Below are positions 16,659-28,387 of a stretch of DNA of 64,000 bases, in pieces. A program made the position numbers and the translations under genes. The stretch lies in NCBI RefSeq assembly GCF_008831285.2, contig NC_045138.2, positions 24,924,001-24,988,000 on the forward strand, in the 5' to 3' direction. Each line of letters opens with the position of its first letter. Positions within the stretch are counted from its first letter, which is position 1. Below the pieces are notes generated by a model that saw nothing but the letters and a program-made list of their open reading frames with translations, did not search any database and was not told the origin of the DNA. Origin of the DNA: Nymphaea colorata (taxonomy: Eukaryota).

Positions 16659-18581
16659 TCAAGCAAAAAGTTCTTTCCAACACCTATCAATGGCAATTTG
16701 CACTCTTTTATGCTTGCAAATGCCCTGTATTATCTCCCATGTATGAGCATTTGGAACAAGCACTTTTTGCAACATTATTTCTAGTACTTTACTAGCAGCG
16801 ATCAACCTTCCTCTATAATATAATTTACAGATTAGTTCATCCATAAACTTGGAAGCAACATTTAGTGCTTCAACATTCCAGAGACTCCGCAGGAAGGTAT
16901 TACATGTAACCATGTCTGGGTCGACACCTCTGTCGATCATTGCATTTAGCAAGTTGATAGCATGGGGTAGTTTGTTTTGTTTGCACAAAGCATTAAACAA
17001 GATATTATAAGTAACGACATCCGGTCCACAACCTTCACATAGCATTTGATTTAGTAGTTTGAGAGCCTCTTCAACCCGACCACCACTGCAAAGGCCATGC
17101 ATAAGCGTACCATATGCAACAACATCCAGCTTAACTCCATCATCAATCATGTATTTCCACACTGTAAGTGCCTCATCTATCTTTCCTTCCCCACAGAGAC
17201 CATCAATCAGTATGCTGTAACTAACAGCATTAGGAGAACAACCATTTGCCATCATTTCCTTCCATAAAAGATTTGCTTCCTCGCTGTTCCCAGTCTTAAA
17301 ACACCCTTGTATTAATGAGCTATATGTCGTAACATTAGGTGGACAACCATTTTCTGTCATCTCCATCAAAACCCCCTTAGCTTCAAACAGTTTACCTTCC
17401 CTACAGAGCCCATCAATTAGAGTGCTGTACAGAACGACATTTGGATTGCATCCTTGATCCATCATCACCCTCCACAATTTCAATGCTTCTTCTGCATTGC
17501 CCTCCTTAAACAATCCACTAACAAGGACTGAGTACGTAAATACATTTGGTTGGCATCCCTTCTCCAGCATGAGCGACAAAATATGTAGTGCATCCATAGA
17601 CCTCCTAATCTTCACAAGACCATTCACTATTGTGCTATAAGTCACGATATTAGGCACATAGTTGCTTGAAACCATCTTTTGCAACAGGTGAACCGCTTTC
17701 TCTATCTTCCCCTGAATGCATAGACCATGGACAAGTGTATTATAAGTGACCTCATTTGGAACACACCCTTTAAGCAGCATATTTTCAATAAGATTGGATG
17801 CCCTGTTCAAATCACCATTTTTGCAAAGACCATTGATAAGCACATTATAGTTGACTGATGTAGGAAAGCAACCCTCCACCTGCATTTCATCCAACAATGC
17901 AATCGCCTCCTCTATCCTATCCTCTTTGCACAATCCATCCATCAATGTACTGTATGTAAATGCATCAGGCTTGCATTTCCTGACAGGCATCTCCCTAAAT
18001 AACTCGATAGCCAAGTCAGTTGAACCCTTTTTACACAAAGCTTTAATAACCAGATTAAAAGTAAGCACATTTGGTGAAAAACCGTTTCTCAAGCACCGGC
18101 AATAAAACTGGTATGCCTGCTCGAACAGACCTGATTTTACAATGACATTCAGAACTGAGTTGAATGATCGTATGGTTGGTCTGCACTTGTATTTATGATA
18201 CATTGAATTGAATAAATAGATGGCTTCATTGGGAAGGTGAGCATGCCCATACGCTCTGAAAACAAGTATGAAGATCTTCTCTGAGAAAACACGATTCTCC
18301 TTCTTCATGCGATCAAAAACCTGCCCTAATGAAATGAAATCTCCTGAACTCGCATACTTCTCAACAATCAGATAGTAGGAAGAATCCCCTCTTGTGTAAG
18401 AGCCCCATCTAGGGGAAGCCTTAAAAATATCATATGCAATTTGACTTTCATGTTCCTCATTCCTTTCAAAGTTTTCTGACAGATGTGATGAGAACCAAGA
18501 CAGGGAATGCCGGGAAAGGGAGGAACACCAGCGCTTCAACGCATGAGACAAGCTATTGTTCCTTGTTATCAATATCCACAT
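16659..18581 (-). CDS. P-class pentatricopeptide repeat protein (resembles At4g20090/EMB1025 as recalled)
   Basis: Intronless 640-aa ORF with more than a dozen tandem 35-aa repeats (e.g. PDAFTYSTLMDGLCKEDRIEEAIALLDEMQVEGCF, PNVVLYSTLIDGLCREGKLFEAKGVLMEMTENGCP). No E/DYW extension. The S/R-rich N-terminus suggests an organellar targeting peptide. Confidence 0.93.
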   Translation of the reverse strand: MWILITRNNSLSHALKRWCSSLSRHSLSWFSSHLSENFERNEEHESQIAYDIFKASPRWGSYTRGDSSYYLIVEKYASSGDFISLGQVFDRMKKENRVFSEKIFILVFRAYGHAHLPNEAIYLFNSMYHKYKCRPTIRSFNSVLNVIVKSGLFEQAYQFYCRCLRNGFSPNVLTFNLVIKALCKKGSTDLAIELFREMPVRKCKPDAFTYSTLMDGLCKEDRIEEAIALLDEMQVEGCFPTSVNYNVLINGLCKNGDLNRASNLIENMLLKGCVPNEVTYNTLVHGLCIQGKIEKAVHLLQKMVSSNYVPNIVTYSTIVNGLVKIRRSMDALHILSLMLEKGCQPNVFTYSVLVSGLFKEGNAEEALKLWRVMMDQGCNPNVVLYSTLIDGLCREGKLFEAKGVLMEMTENGCPPNVTTYSSLIQGCFKTGNSEEANLLWKEMMANGCSPNAVSYSILIDGLCGEGKIDEALTVWKYMIDDGVKLDVVAYGTLMHGLCSGGRVEEALKLLNQMLCEGCGPDVVTYNILFNALCKQNKLPHAINLLNAMIDRGVDPDMVTCNTFLRSLWNVEALNVASKFMDELICKLYYRGRLIAASKVLEIMLQKVLVPNAHTWEIIQGICKHKRVQIAIDRCWKELFA

Positions 18582-20719
18582 AGGAATTCTTCTTCCAACG
18601 TGAGGTTGTGCTTCTCGGCTCTTTAGGAGGATGAAGTCGCTTAGGACAGTTCTTCTAAATCAGGTTTTCTATTCTGTCACGAAAAAAACTGTGCAGTGAA
18701 GAAAGGATAATACTGGAAAGCTTCCTTGCTGCATGATTACCGACAATGAATAAAAAGGCTTGCAGAGACTCCATCTCCCCCTCCCCATTTTTGCTGATAC
18801 TGCTGAGTCCTTGAGGCTGCACTAGAGGAAGATAGCAATGTTTTCTCCCTCTCTCGGTCGGACAGGATATTGATACTAGACATGACAGGACGGCTTCTTG
18901 ATGTCCTACCTAACCAGAGTACTCCTAAATGAGAATTGTACATGAAGCCAGTGAAAAAATTCTTGGTTTATCCAGTCCGCACTATATGCATTTTTGCCAC
19001 TGTAAAGAATAAAAGAATTAAAGAAACGCAAATTATGTCCATCACACAATTCACAAAGGAAACAACCCTACGACAAATATGACTCCACATAGTAGGAAGA
19101 ACTCAAAAAGCCGGATTCACCGTTCTTTTATTGTTTCCAACTACTTAAACAAGAAGCACGTAAGGAAAATAAAAGATTGCAAGGCACCACCAGAAAGAGA
19201 AAGGAAAGAACATAAATTCAAAAATCTGTGTAGGACACTAGCAGGTCCTGTAATGACACGAGCACGCCTAGACTTATGAAAATATCGCCTTCCGCTTCAA
19301 ATTCAGAGCTCGTCAAGCAAACAGCTTGCCGATGAAGGTGCTCAGTTATCGGTTTGGAGGGTTTGCTAAAAAGCCAATCGTTAAGTCACCCTGGTGAAAC
19401 ATGCCGTTCCTAGAAATGACGAAAGAAACTTGGGCTGTGGTACTTTTTCTCAAGAGAACATAAAGCAACTCTCGCGATTCCGACATGATAGTCCGATGGT
19501 TGACATCAAATGAAAAAACATGATCTTTGTCCAACATGCATGAAAGAGATACAGAGTTGTAGAATAGGGGGTCTCCAAAAGTTCAAACAGTATGAACAAA
19601 CGTGAAAAAAAGAAGAGAGAGAGAGAGAGAGAGAACCTTCCGGAAGACGAGTAGACGACGGCAAACAGCCCGGAGTAGCCCATCGAAATGGAGAGATTGG
19701 AGGGCAAAGAAGAAGAGGAAGAGGAGGTAGAAGCGGGGAGACCGGGGAGGGAATGTAAACGGATCGGGTAGCAGTAAGGTGGGCACTGGCCCAGGTACCG
19801 ATGGGTAGGGTACCCGGTGCCCGGTTTGATTGAGGCTTGGAGTTGGGGTTCGACTCGATAATTTATTTAAAATATCAATTTAATTGAATATATATATATA
19901 TATATATTATAATTCACTATATTTATATGTTACATTATATTTTTTATATATTATATTTTATTTATTTAGGGCCGGCCCAATCCCCACCTCTTATTGGGCT
20001 TAACAGGTTTGAAACCCATTCTAGTTAGAAATCAAAATTGAGCATGCTACACGAACCAACTAAATTTGCACAAAATCCAATTAACTTTAAATTTGATACA
20101 TTTTAAAATTAGTAATGCATTTTAGTAATGCACTTTAAGATATCACCCCTTCTCTTCACATATAAGATAAATATGCACACACTCAAAACAGAGACTAATT
20201 GCCTACCAGTCACTCCAATTACACTCCTTCGGCCAAACTTTCTTCTCAAAACCTGCATCACATTTTCCAATATTCCTGAAATTTGATATCATGGGCATGG
20301 CTTCAGCATGAATTTAACTTGATACTTGCTGCAAACCCATCCGGGTCATCTGATTATGTACTGAAAAAGACCAAGCTGGTTCATTAATTTATCCAAATAC
20401 CTCAGTGTGGCTTATCATGAAATCAAGTTATAGGTGGGAGAAACTCAGGATAGATTCAGAACTGATTTGCTTTAAAAATTTGAGTGTATATGTACATTCT
20501 TTAATAAAGGTAACTCTTTTAGAATGTAAGACTAGCCATTCTACGGACGAAATGAAAACATAATTACCACTCTCTAAGTACATAATTAATATATTTTCAT
20601 TTCATACTTCGAATACTGAAACAAATCTCTCTACCCATATTCAGTTGATCCTCTCCCTTCATTCCCTCCCTCATACTGCATTCCTTGAATTGCTTTAATG
20701 GCACTTTTTATTTCCAACA

Positions 20720-22150
20720 GGTCGTTCAAAAAACTTTCTTTTGCCATGGCGTAAATATGAGCGTGTGCATCGTTGGGTGAAATCCAATAGCTTCTTCTCT
20801 TCATCTAGCATTCATACGAAATGCCTACGCATTTTTTTCCTGGTTTTGAAGAAACTAGAAAGTGCCGTTTTCTCCCGAATCCAGGTTCCATCTTTTTTAC
20901 CAGTAGGAAGACAGGAGGAAGAAGCAAAGGATACTTGCCCTGCACCAAGTGCATCTGGTAAACCTGAGATGGTAGAACTCCACTCTGAGAGTGGCTTGAT
21001 TGGTGCTTTTCCTTTGTCTATACTCTATTGAATGCAACAATCTTGGGAAACTCATGTCAAAGAGTCAACTTCCCTTGCCAAAAATTGCCAAACTTTTCGA
21101 TGGGGTGCCAGTTCTATACTTCCTCCGAATCATCCACCCGATGGATCAACTAATGCAAGACAAAGTGATGAAAACAGAAACGAACTTAGCGTTGCAGAAG
21201 TTTGTAGCGTATATCTTTATGGCAAGCTCAATTGCAAAAAATGGAGAGTCTTTCTTCCTCCGTAACTCATTGGGTAAGTAGCTTGTTAACAGCACCATTC
21301 ATGCCAACGACCGCTATGATGAAAAACGTGAAAGCAAATGTTGGAACTGTCTTAAATGAATTTTTCTGTCCCTGCAGTATATTACTTGTACAATGTTCAT
21401 TATGTGTCTTTGTCTTAATGGTATTAAATATTAATTATAAAACTTTTCTAGGTCTTGTCGCTGCTAAAATGATCAACAGACAGAAAACAGAGGCGAAGAT
21501 TGCTGACGTTGAACATTACAAGAAAAAAATGCACATGGCCCCAGATTCCAGGAAGCAACATGCTCCTATCAATGCAGTTAAAACAATGGAAGAAGATCAT
21601 ACAATTGTAAATTAGATGTGTAGGGGTGAGATGCCAACGGATATAGATAGAATTATGGATTATGATGTTGTTGAGAATGAATGTCAGGACACGCATGACT
21701 GCATCAATGATTCTACACAGGATGACAATGGCGTAGAAGGACTTCAGCAATGAAAACGACTTCAGAAAGACGAAGAGTCCTGATCACTAAAATTCAAGAT
21801 ACACATAAGCCATAAATTCATCCTTCAAGCTCCTCTGTCTCCACTTTTCGATATCGGTATTCTTGTAACCCTCTGAACGTTATTTCTACGGCGCAACATA
21901 TGCCGATCCACAATCCAGTGGGTCATAAATCACGACTCTCATGTGGTTATGATGCAGCCAGAGCTTCACACTTTCCAGTCCTTGTTGGCCACTTTGCTCG
22001 TTACACTGCCTTCCCTCCATGTGCACCAAACCAACATTTTCCATCTTCTGTTTACCATAATCCAACTGCTTTGTGCTTGGCTTTACCAGACTGCACTTGG
22101 ATATCATAAAGCCCCTAGCGTTGCAAAATATGATGATCAGTCTCAGCCTT
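20720..22150 (+). pseudogene. Probable decayed gene containing a degenerate CCCH zinc finger
   Basis: 21203-21266 reads C-x9-C-x5-F-x3-N after correcting a 1-nt frameshift in an A6 run. It is followed by a phase-compatible GT-AG intron (21274-21451) and a D/E-rich frame broken by stop codons. The outer boundaries are approximate. Confidence 0.4.
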
Positions 22151-22388
22151 AATGTGGACAGCCAAGTGGCAAGGATCTTCAAAAGAATGTTACGAGCATC
22201 GTGGGATAACTTTTATCTAAAAATTTCAGCAAATCACTTACCAAACTGTTGCGAAGCACGATGTGTGCATCTGTGTTGCTGTTTCTCTCTGCATATCACA
22301 ATCTACAAAAAAGAACCCGGTGGGTTGTAATTGGCAAAGCCTAACGGTTTGATTGTGCTATTAAACTATTAGTTGCATGTGAAAATAA

Positions 22389-22392
<4 letters not shown>

Positions 22393-22449
<57 letters not shown>
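22393..22449. repeat. (CT)n microsatellite
   Basis: Uninterrupted CT dinucleotide run. Confidence 0.95.
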
Positions 22450-22453
<4 letters not shown>

Positions 22454-23630
22454 ATTTTTCCTTCATTTACTGCAAAGCATTGTAAGCTTTTACTTAGTGA
22501 TATTAGAATTGGTTCTGGACCGAATAAGGTAGCAGGACTGTTCAATGGATCGGTCAAACAAAACCATTGCAAAATCACTTTCGATTCCGTATAAATTCAT
22601 CGTAATATATTTGTATCTTCCAACATCAGAAGGCGAACATTTGTTTGAAAAGTAAGAAAAAATTATTGAGGATAATAAAAAAAATAGTGTAACAAAACAT
22701 GACATGTGAAGCCATAGAGATGGCAACGCAATTGAATTGATCTGTATCGAGTCCAATTCTAATTGGCCTATTCAAGTCAATTTTAAGAACAAGGTTTTCC
22801 TGCTCCTTGATTGGTTTTGCATTTATTACTCGACAAGGAAGTCATTCCCTTCTCTGAATTAGAATCGAAAATTATGTTTACGCTGATTAAACAAAGTATC
22901 AATTAACAACTAAGACCGCAGGTTTGCAATTGCTAATAAGCTGGGCAGGTAGTCTAAAGTACTTCAAAAGGAAAAAGAAATGATCGTTTTCCTTGTCAAG
23001 TTGCTGCCCGATTACAATCTTGTCAAGAAAGTGAATAACGTTGACGACATTCCACAAGAAACAGGCAACATGTCCAACAAAGACAGAAGTTGCACCTGTT
23101 GTTTATAAAAGCATGCTCTTACAAAACATATCTACAACTAATGCCGCAATAAAGTTTGAATCACTCTGATTTCTTTAAGCTGCATGATGGAGTCCCACTA
23201 TCAGCTGTCTTATTCCAACAAAATAAAGGATGGCATCGATTGTCATGAGTCAAAAGCTCTCCTCCCCGCTTTTGGTTTTCATCTCTCAGTTGCTATTATG
23301 AAGTTTTCCTTGGAGATAAAGAAACTATACCAACCGCAATTGTGCCTCAAGCTCCCATAGCTCTGGTAGATCCCCACATGCTGTCACAGCCTTCCATAAG
23401 ATCATAGACATAGTTGCATGCATCTAAAAAATCTGTCACAGCGGAAACTTCTACTTCGCGCCACAGAAGAATTAACTGAAAACATTCTTCCATTTTGACT
23501 GACCGAAAAATAAACAAAACAGCCAAGACTTAGATTTAAAACTAAAGAACAGTCACGTACATAACAAAGAAATTATGTGTGGTTTCAAAAGCAAAGATAC
23601 CGTGTTAGCAAGCATCTTGTCCTACCATAT

Positions 23631-26600
23631 TCATGGATGGTTACTCCTTGCATCACGGATATAGAACATAAGCTGCAAAAGGACAAGCATGTTGAGAAAT
23701 AAAAATAGCTGAAAGTCATGCGTATGATGGCAAGAGAAACTGTAACATTTACGCAATCGCACGAAAGCCATAGATCATACCTTTGTCCCTACGTAAAATG
23801 ACAGGAAAATGCCAAAAACTGTAGGCAGCCCTGCAAAATGATGAGCATAATATGAGTTAATGCTGCATCCACTTAATGAAATTAAGAAAGTAAGTTGCCA
23901 TACCATCTTTCCTCAGCATTCTAGAAATCAACCAGTCCACTCCAGATGGCCCAATGACATAACCAACGAGGTTTGCAATCTACAATTTTCAGCAGTTCAG
24001 CGGAAAGGCCAAAGTTGAACTACAGTCTTTAGACATCTCTTATAAATCATAATAATGGAAACATTACTGGGACAATTGAGAGCACTACCAATAGGAATTT
24101 CTGGGTATCAGTGACATAAAATTTCAACAGTAGAAGAAAATACAAAATGTCAAAATAAAACAAGCCCTTTTTCCTCATATCTTTTTTTGCAGACAATTAG
24201 CAATATGCTCCTCCAAAATTAAGTACAAAGTTGACCTTGCTTACAAACGAAGTATACCATACTTAAGGTCATCTATAATCATGAATACACCACAAGAGCA
24301 AGGAGACCAGAGAGGGGAACATCCAGGCTGTCTTGCCTGCTCTATGGCGTCATATATCAACTAATCAACTTAATCCGCATCACTAAAAAAAAAAGCTTCT
24401 TGACTTTTTAATCTAAATATTGATTGGTTCATTATTATAATATAACAAGGATAGAGCAATCCAACCGTGGATCATAAATAAGGGTGGGCGTCGGGCCGGG
24501 CCGCCGCCGGGCCTGGGCATGGAAAAACCTGGCCCTGGCCCAATAGACCGGCCCGGCCTGTTTAGATTAAAAAAATGATTTTTTTTATTTTTTTGTTTTA
24601 ATAATATATATTTATTATTAATAAATATATTTTATATTTAAAAAATATAATTAAAATTTTATTTTTAAATTTTAAATGGGCCGGGCCGGGCCGAGACCCG
24701 GGCTCACCGGCCCGGCCCGATGCCCACCCTTAATTTTGGAGGAGCATATTGCTAATTGTCTAAATCTCAAGGTTTTGAATAATTTATCTTAAAAGGAGGT
24801 TTTTGCATCCCAAAAGTTAAAAAGTTTTAAGCTAGATAGTCCAAATGCACTAAATTGTCCAAGGCTTGAAAGACCTGCTTGTATATCAGTTAAAAATTTA
24901 AATTCCAGACATTCCAGAAATTATGATTGTGATTGCTCAAGGACATATGACGAAGAGATTTGATAAAGACAATTTACTGGACAAATTTAACCAGGCATGC
25001 TTCCACAAGAATAATTGATTGATGAAAAAACTATCAGAACTTGCCACGCTACCTAAATATTTCCTTGTTTACAGTAGCAACTTCATAATCTTTTGAAAGT
25101 ACATTTCCAGTAAAGCATCACATGAGAAGGCATACCATAAGGCAAGAAATTGTAACAGCACCACAAATTGCACTGATTTCTCGTAGGATGAACTGGCCAA
25201 AAGCATCCCTTGGCTAACAGTTGCAGAAATAAGCACAATTAGCCTTCAAGAAAACTTGCATTTTAAACCAAGGGAAAAATAAGAAGTCCAACTGAGAAAA
25301 CAAAGCATTCAACTGCAGACTTATAAATGTAGTCACATCACCGTTTCAGGAAATAACATCATAAACTGAAATAAATCATCAATAAAATGTTCTAAGGACA
25401 TTTTCTTCTTAGCTGAGCTAACCGGACGTACTGGATTGATCATATAAAACTCATTTATGTGGGGCAATTCTTTTACACGCTGTTGACCTTTTAATACAGG
25501 TTGTAGGATACCAGAAGGTTTGACAGCTGCTCATCCTGAAAACATTTATTCCTTTGCCCACTGCTGTTGGTTTATTATCTTCTCCATTCTCCCTAATTTC
25601 TTTAATCTTTTAACAGATCCTATTCTGAGAATGAATTTAATCTACTCAACAACCCTATACATTCTGCAAAGACATGCAGGATATCTTTCTTATGTTTTCT
25701 GGCTATGCACTTAGGTAGTGTATCTTCTCACATATGATATAAGATATGAACTTATATCAGGTAAATATGGTTGATCCTATAACACAGTCCTATTTACATG
25801 ATTTTTTTTGTTCTCTGATATGCTCAACTGTTATTTTTCATACATTCAAGTCTAACTATATAGGCCAATCTGCTATACTATGAACAGTTCCCAATATGAC
25901 AAACATGCTGAAAACACTGCAACATTAAACCTTGTAACAACCTCTAAAAGTGCAGAGTTGCATAACATTAACATGATGTCAGTACAATAACTAGAAGCAT
26001 GACAACATTATGATGTTTCAACAGAAATCGTTACATAGAGAAACTTTTATTATTTCTTTCATTATTTAGAGAAAATTTTACTGTTTATATTTTTGCAACA
26101 AAAAGGTTGCTAAAGTTTACTGCCGATCTGCATTTGTCTTACATCAAAAAATCTACTAAAATATAAGATATTCCTTGCCAAGAAATAACTAACTAATATT
26201 GGTTGGTATGTCAAATTCAGAGGAAAGAATAAGCCACACAAATAGAACGAAAGGTGAAGAAAAAAATGTCTACCTGGAAAGAATTCAGCACTGACTTTGC
26301 TATGATCTCAGGCACAAAAAACAGACACGTTAACCATGCCCAAGAAATCAGCTTCCTGGCAAGAAATGAAAAGCCAAGCAAACAACAAAGCAATATCAGA
26401 AAATGTTTCAATTCAAAATGGACAAAGCACCACAAATTCTTCTATATTTCACAGCATGTGGATGCTGATGTCACCTAACAACAGCATCCGATGAATTTCC
26501 TGATACACACACTTTAGTTGTGTAGGTTCATAAATGGTACATTGATTTCAGAAGCACAATAAACATATAAAAGAAAGGACAAAGCATGAAATTTTGACAT

Positions 26601-28331
26601 GGGGATTGGTAACAACTAAAAAAACCTACCATTCCAGGTCATGCCATATTGCAACAAATGTGAAAATAACCCACACATTCAGCAACTTTCTTTTTGATCC
26701 ACCAAGGGGAATGTACATATATCTACAAAGTTAAAATATGTCAACATGAATTATAAGGATACTTTAAAATGACAGAGACTAGAATCTTAATAACCAGAGA
26801 TATAGGTTTGCACCTAACTAGCCATTTATTAAAAGATGCATGCCAAGATTTCCAAAATGTTTCCAAACTGTAGCAGTTATTGATACACCTAGGCATATTC
26901 TCAGGAGCTTCAATGCCTCCTACCTGCAATCAAGAAAAATAATTGGATTAGTTATTAGGAGCTTTAAGGTTTATTTGTTAAAGTCAAAACATAAAACATA
27001 AAGCTTATAGTTAGACCGATGTTCTGCATCCACAAATATCCTATCATCTTCATATGATGTGTGTGTGTGTGTATGTGCGTGTGTGTGTGTGTGTGTGCTG
27101 TGGCTGCATGCATGTGCACCATTGTTGCATGTGGGTTGCATAACGTGTGTGTGTGAATGCAATATTAATAATATTACTCACAAAGCAAGACAGAGAAGGT
27201 GCAGAAAGGAGTATCAGCGCTCAATGGGGACAAATTTGATGGAGTTGTTTCCGACTTCAACATGCACATTGGATGCGAAAGTAAGCATTCTATATAGGAC
27301 ATGCTTATTCATGTACTATGAGTATTTCCCTATCAGGACCCTGCAATGCCATGAAAATAAACATGCTTCACAACCACTTTGTTTCACCAAGTCACCCATA
27401 TTTGCATTTAAGTGGGTTGATGGAATGGTCAAATGCATGATCACGGCATTTCCCCCCAACAGAAGTAAGCATATTACTGTACAAGATACTGTAAAAGGCA
27501 TAAAACAGTAGTGTTAATCATACCAATGCCCAAAATCGGAAATAGCGCCAAATAAGAAAGAATTTCAACCACATGAAGTTCAAGACCTGCATTGTGAGTA
27601 GAAACAGACAAATCAGCAATGCAAACATGGTGCAGAAAAAGCACAAAAGTGATTATCAAATAGATACACACGGGCATTTGATTGCTATGTCTACATGTTT
27701 CAACTTACAGAAGAGGCTCTTTAAAATAAAAAATTGAAAGGAGAAAATTGAAAACACAAAAATATAAGCGGAAAAAAAAACTCAACAGCTTAATAAGCAA
27801 CGAAAGTAGGCAGTCAATTAAAACAAAGTCATCAAATCCAGAAAGGTAAAATGTGAACATCTTTACATGCTCTAGAAGGTGTTCCGTCTCACACACCACG
27901 TTCATTATATCAGCTACCAGGCCATATGCTAAGATAATCCATGTTAGAAAGGTGTGTAATCAAGATTGTCATGTAGCATGGCTCCTGTATTTCATTGTAC
28001 CATGTAGCAGCCATATTGTACAAGTTTGCTCTTGCCATATATTTCAACTTTCAAGTTCCTAGTCTTCAGAAAGTGGCATCAAACCCAACTTTGGCATTCT
28101 TTAATGAATCGCTTTTCATATAAAGTCAGACAGGAAATTGGAAACAAGGCTGAGAGAGGCACAGTTTTAAATGATCTGGTAGGTTACAACAGTCGTGCTC
28201 TAACACTATTTATGCATTCTCACGTTCCATCAAAATGTTTGTATTGACAGAAGAAAGGAACAATATAGAAACCACATTCACAAGACAAGCATTGCCAAAG
28301 TCATTTACACATTATACATATACATACATAT

Positions 28332-28387
<56 letters not shown>

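Noticed and set aside
19776..20030. GC-rich/AT-rich segment upstream of the PPR gene resembling the TAAGGGTGG MITE family
   Set aside because: Only a left-end-like sequence is visible, with no matching TIR or TSD, so it is not called as a feature.
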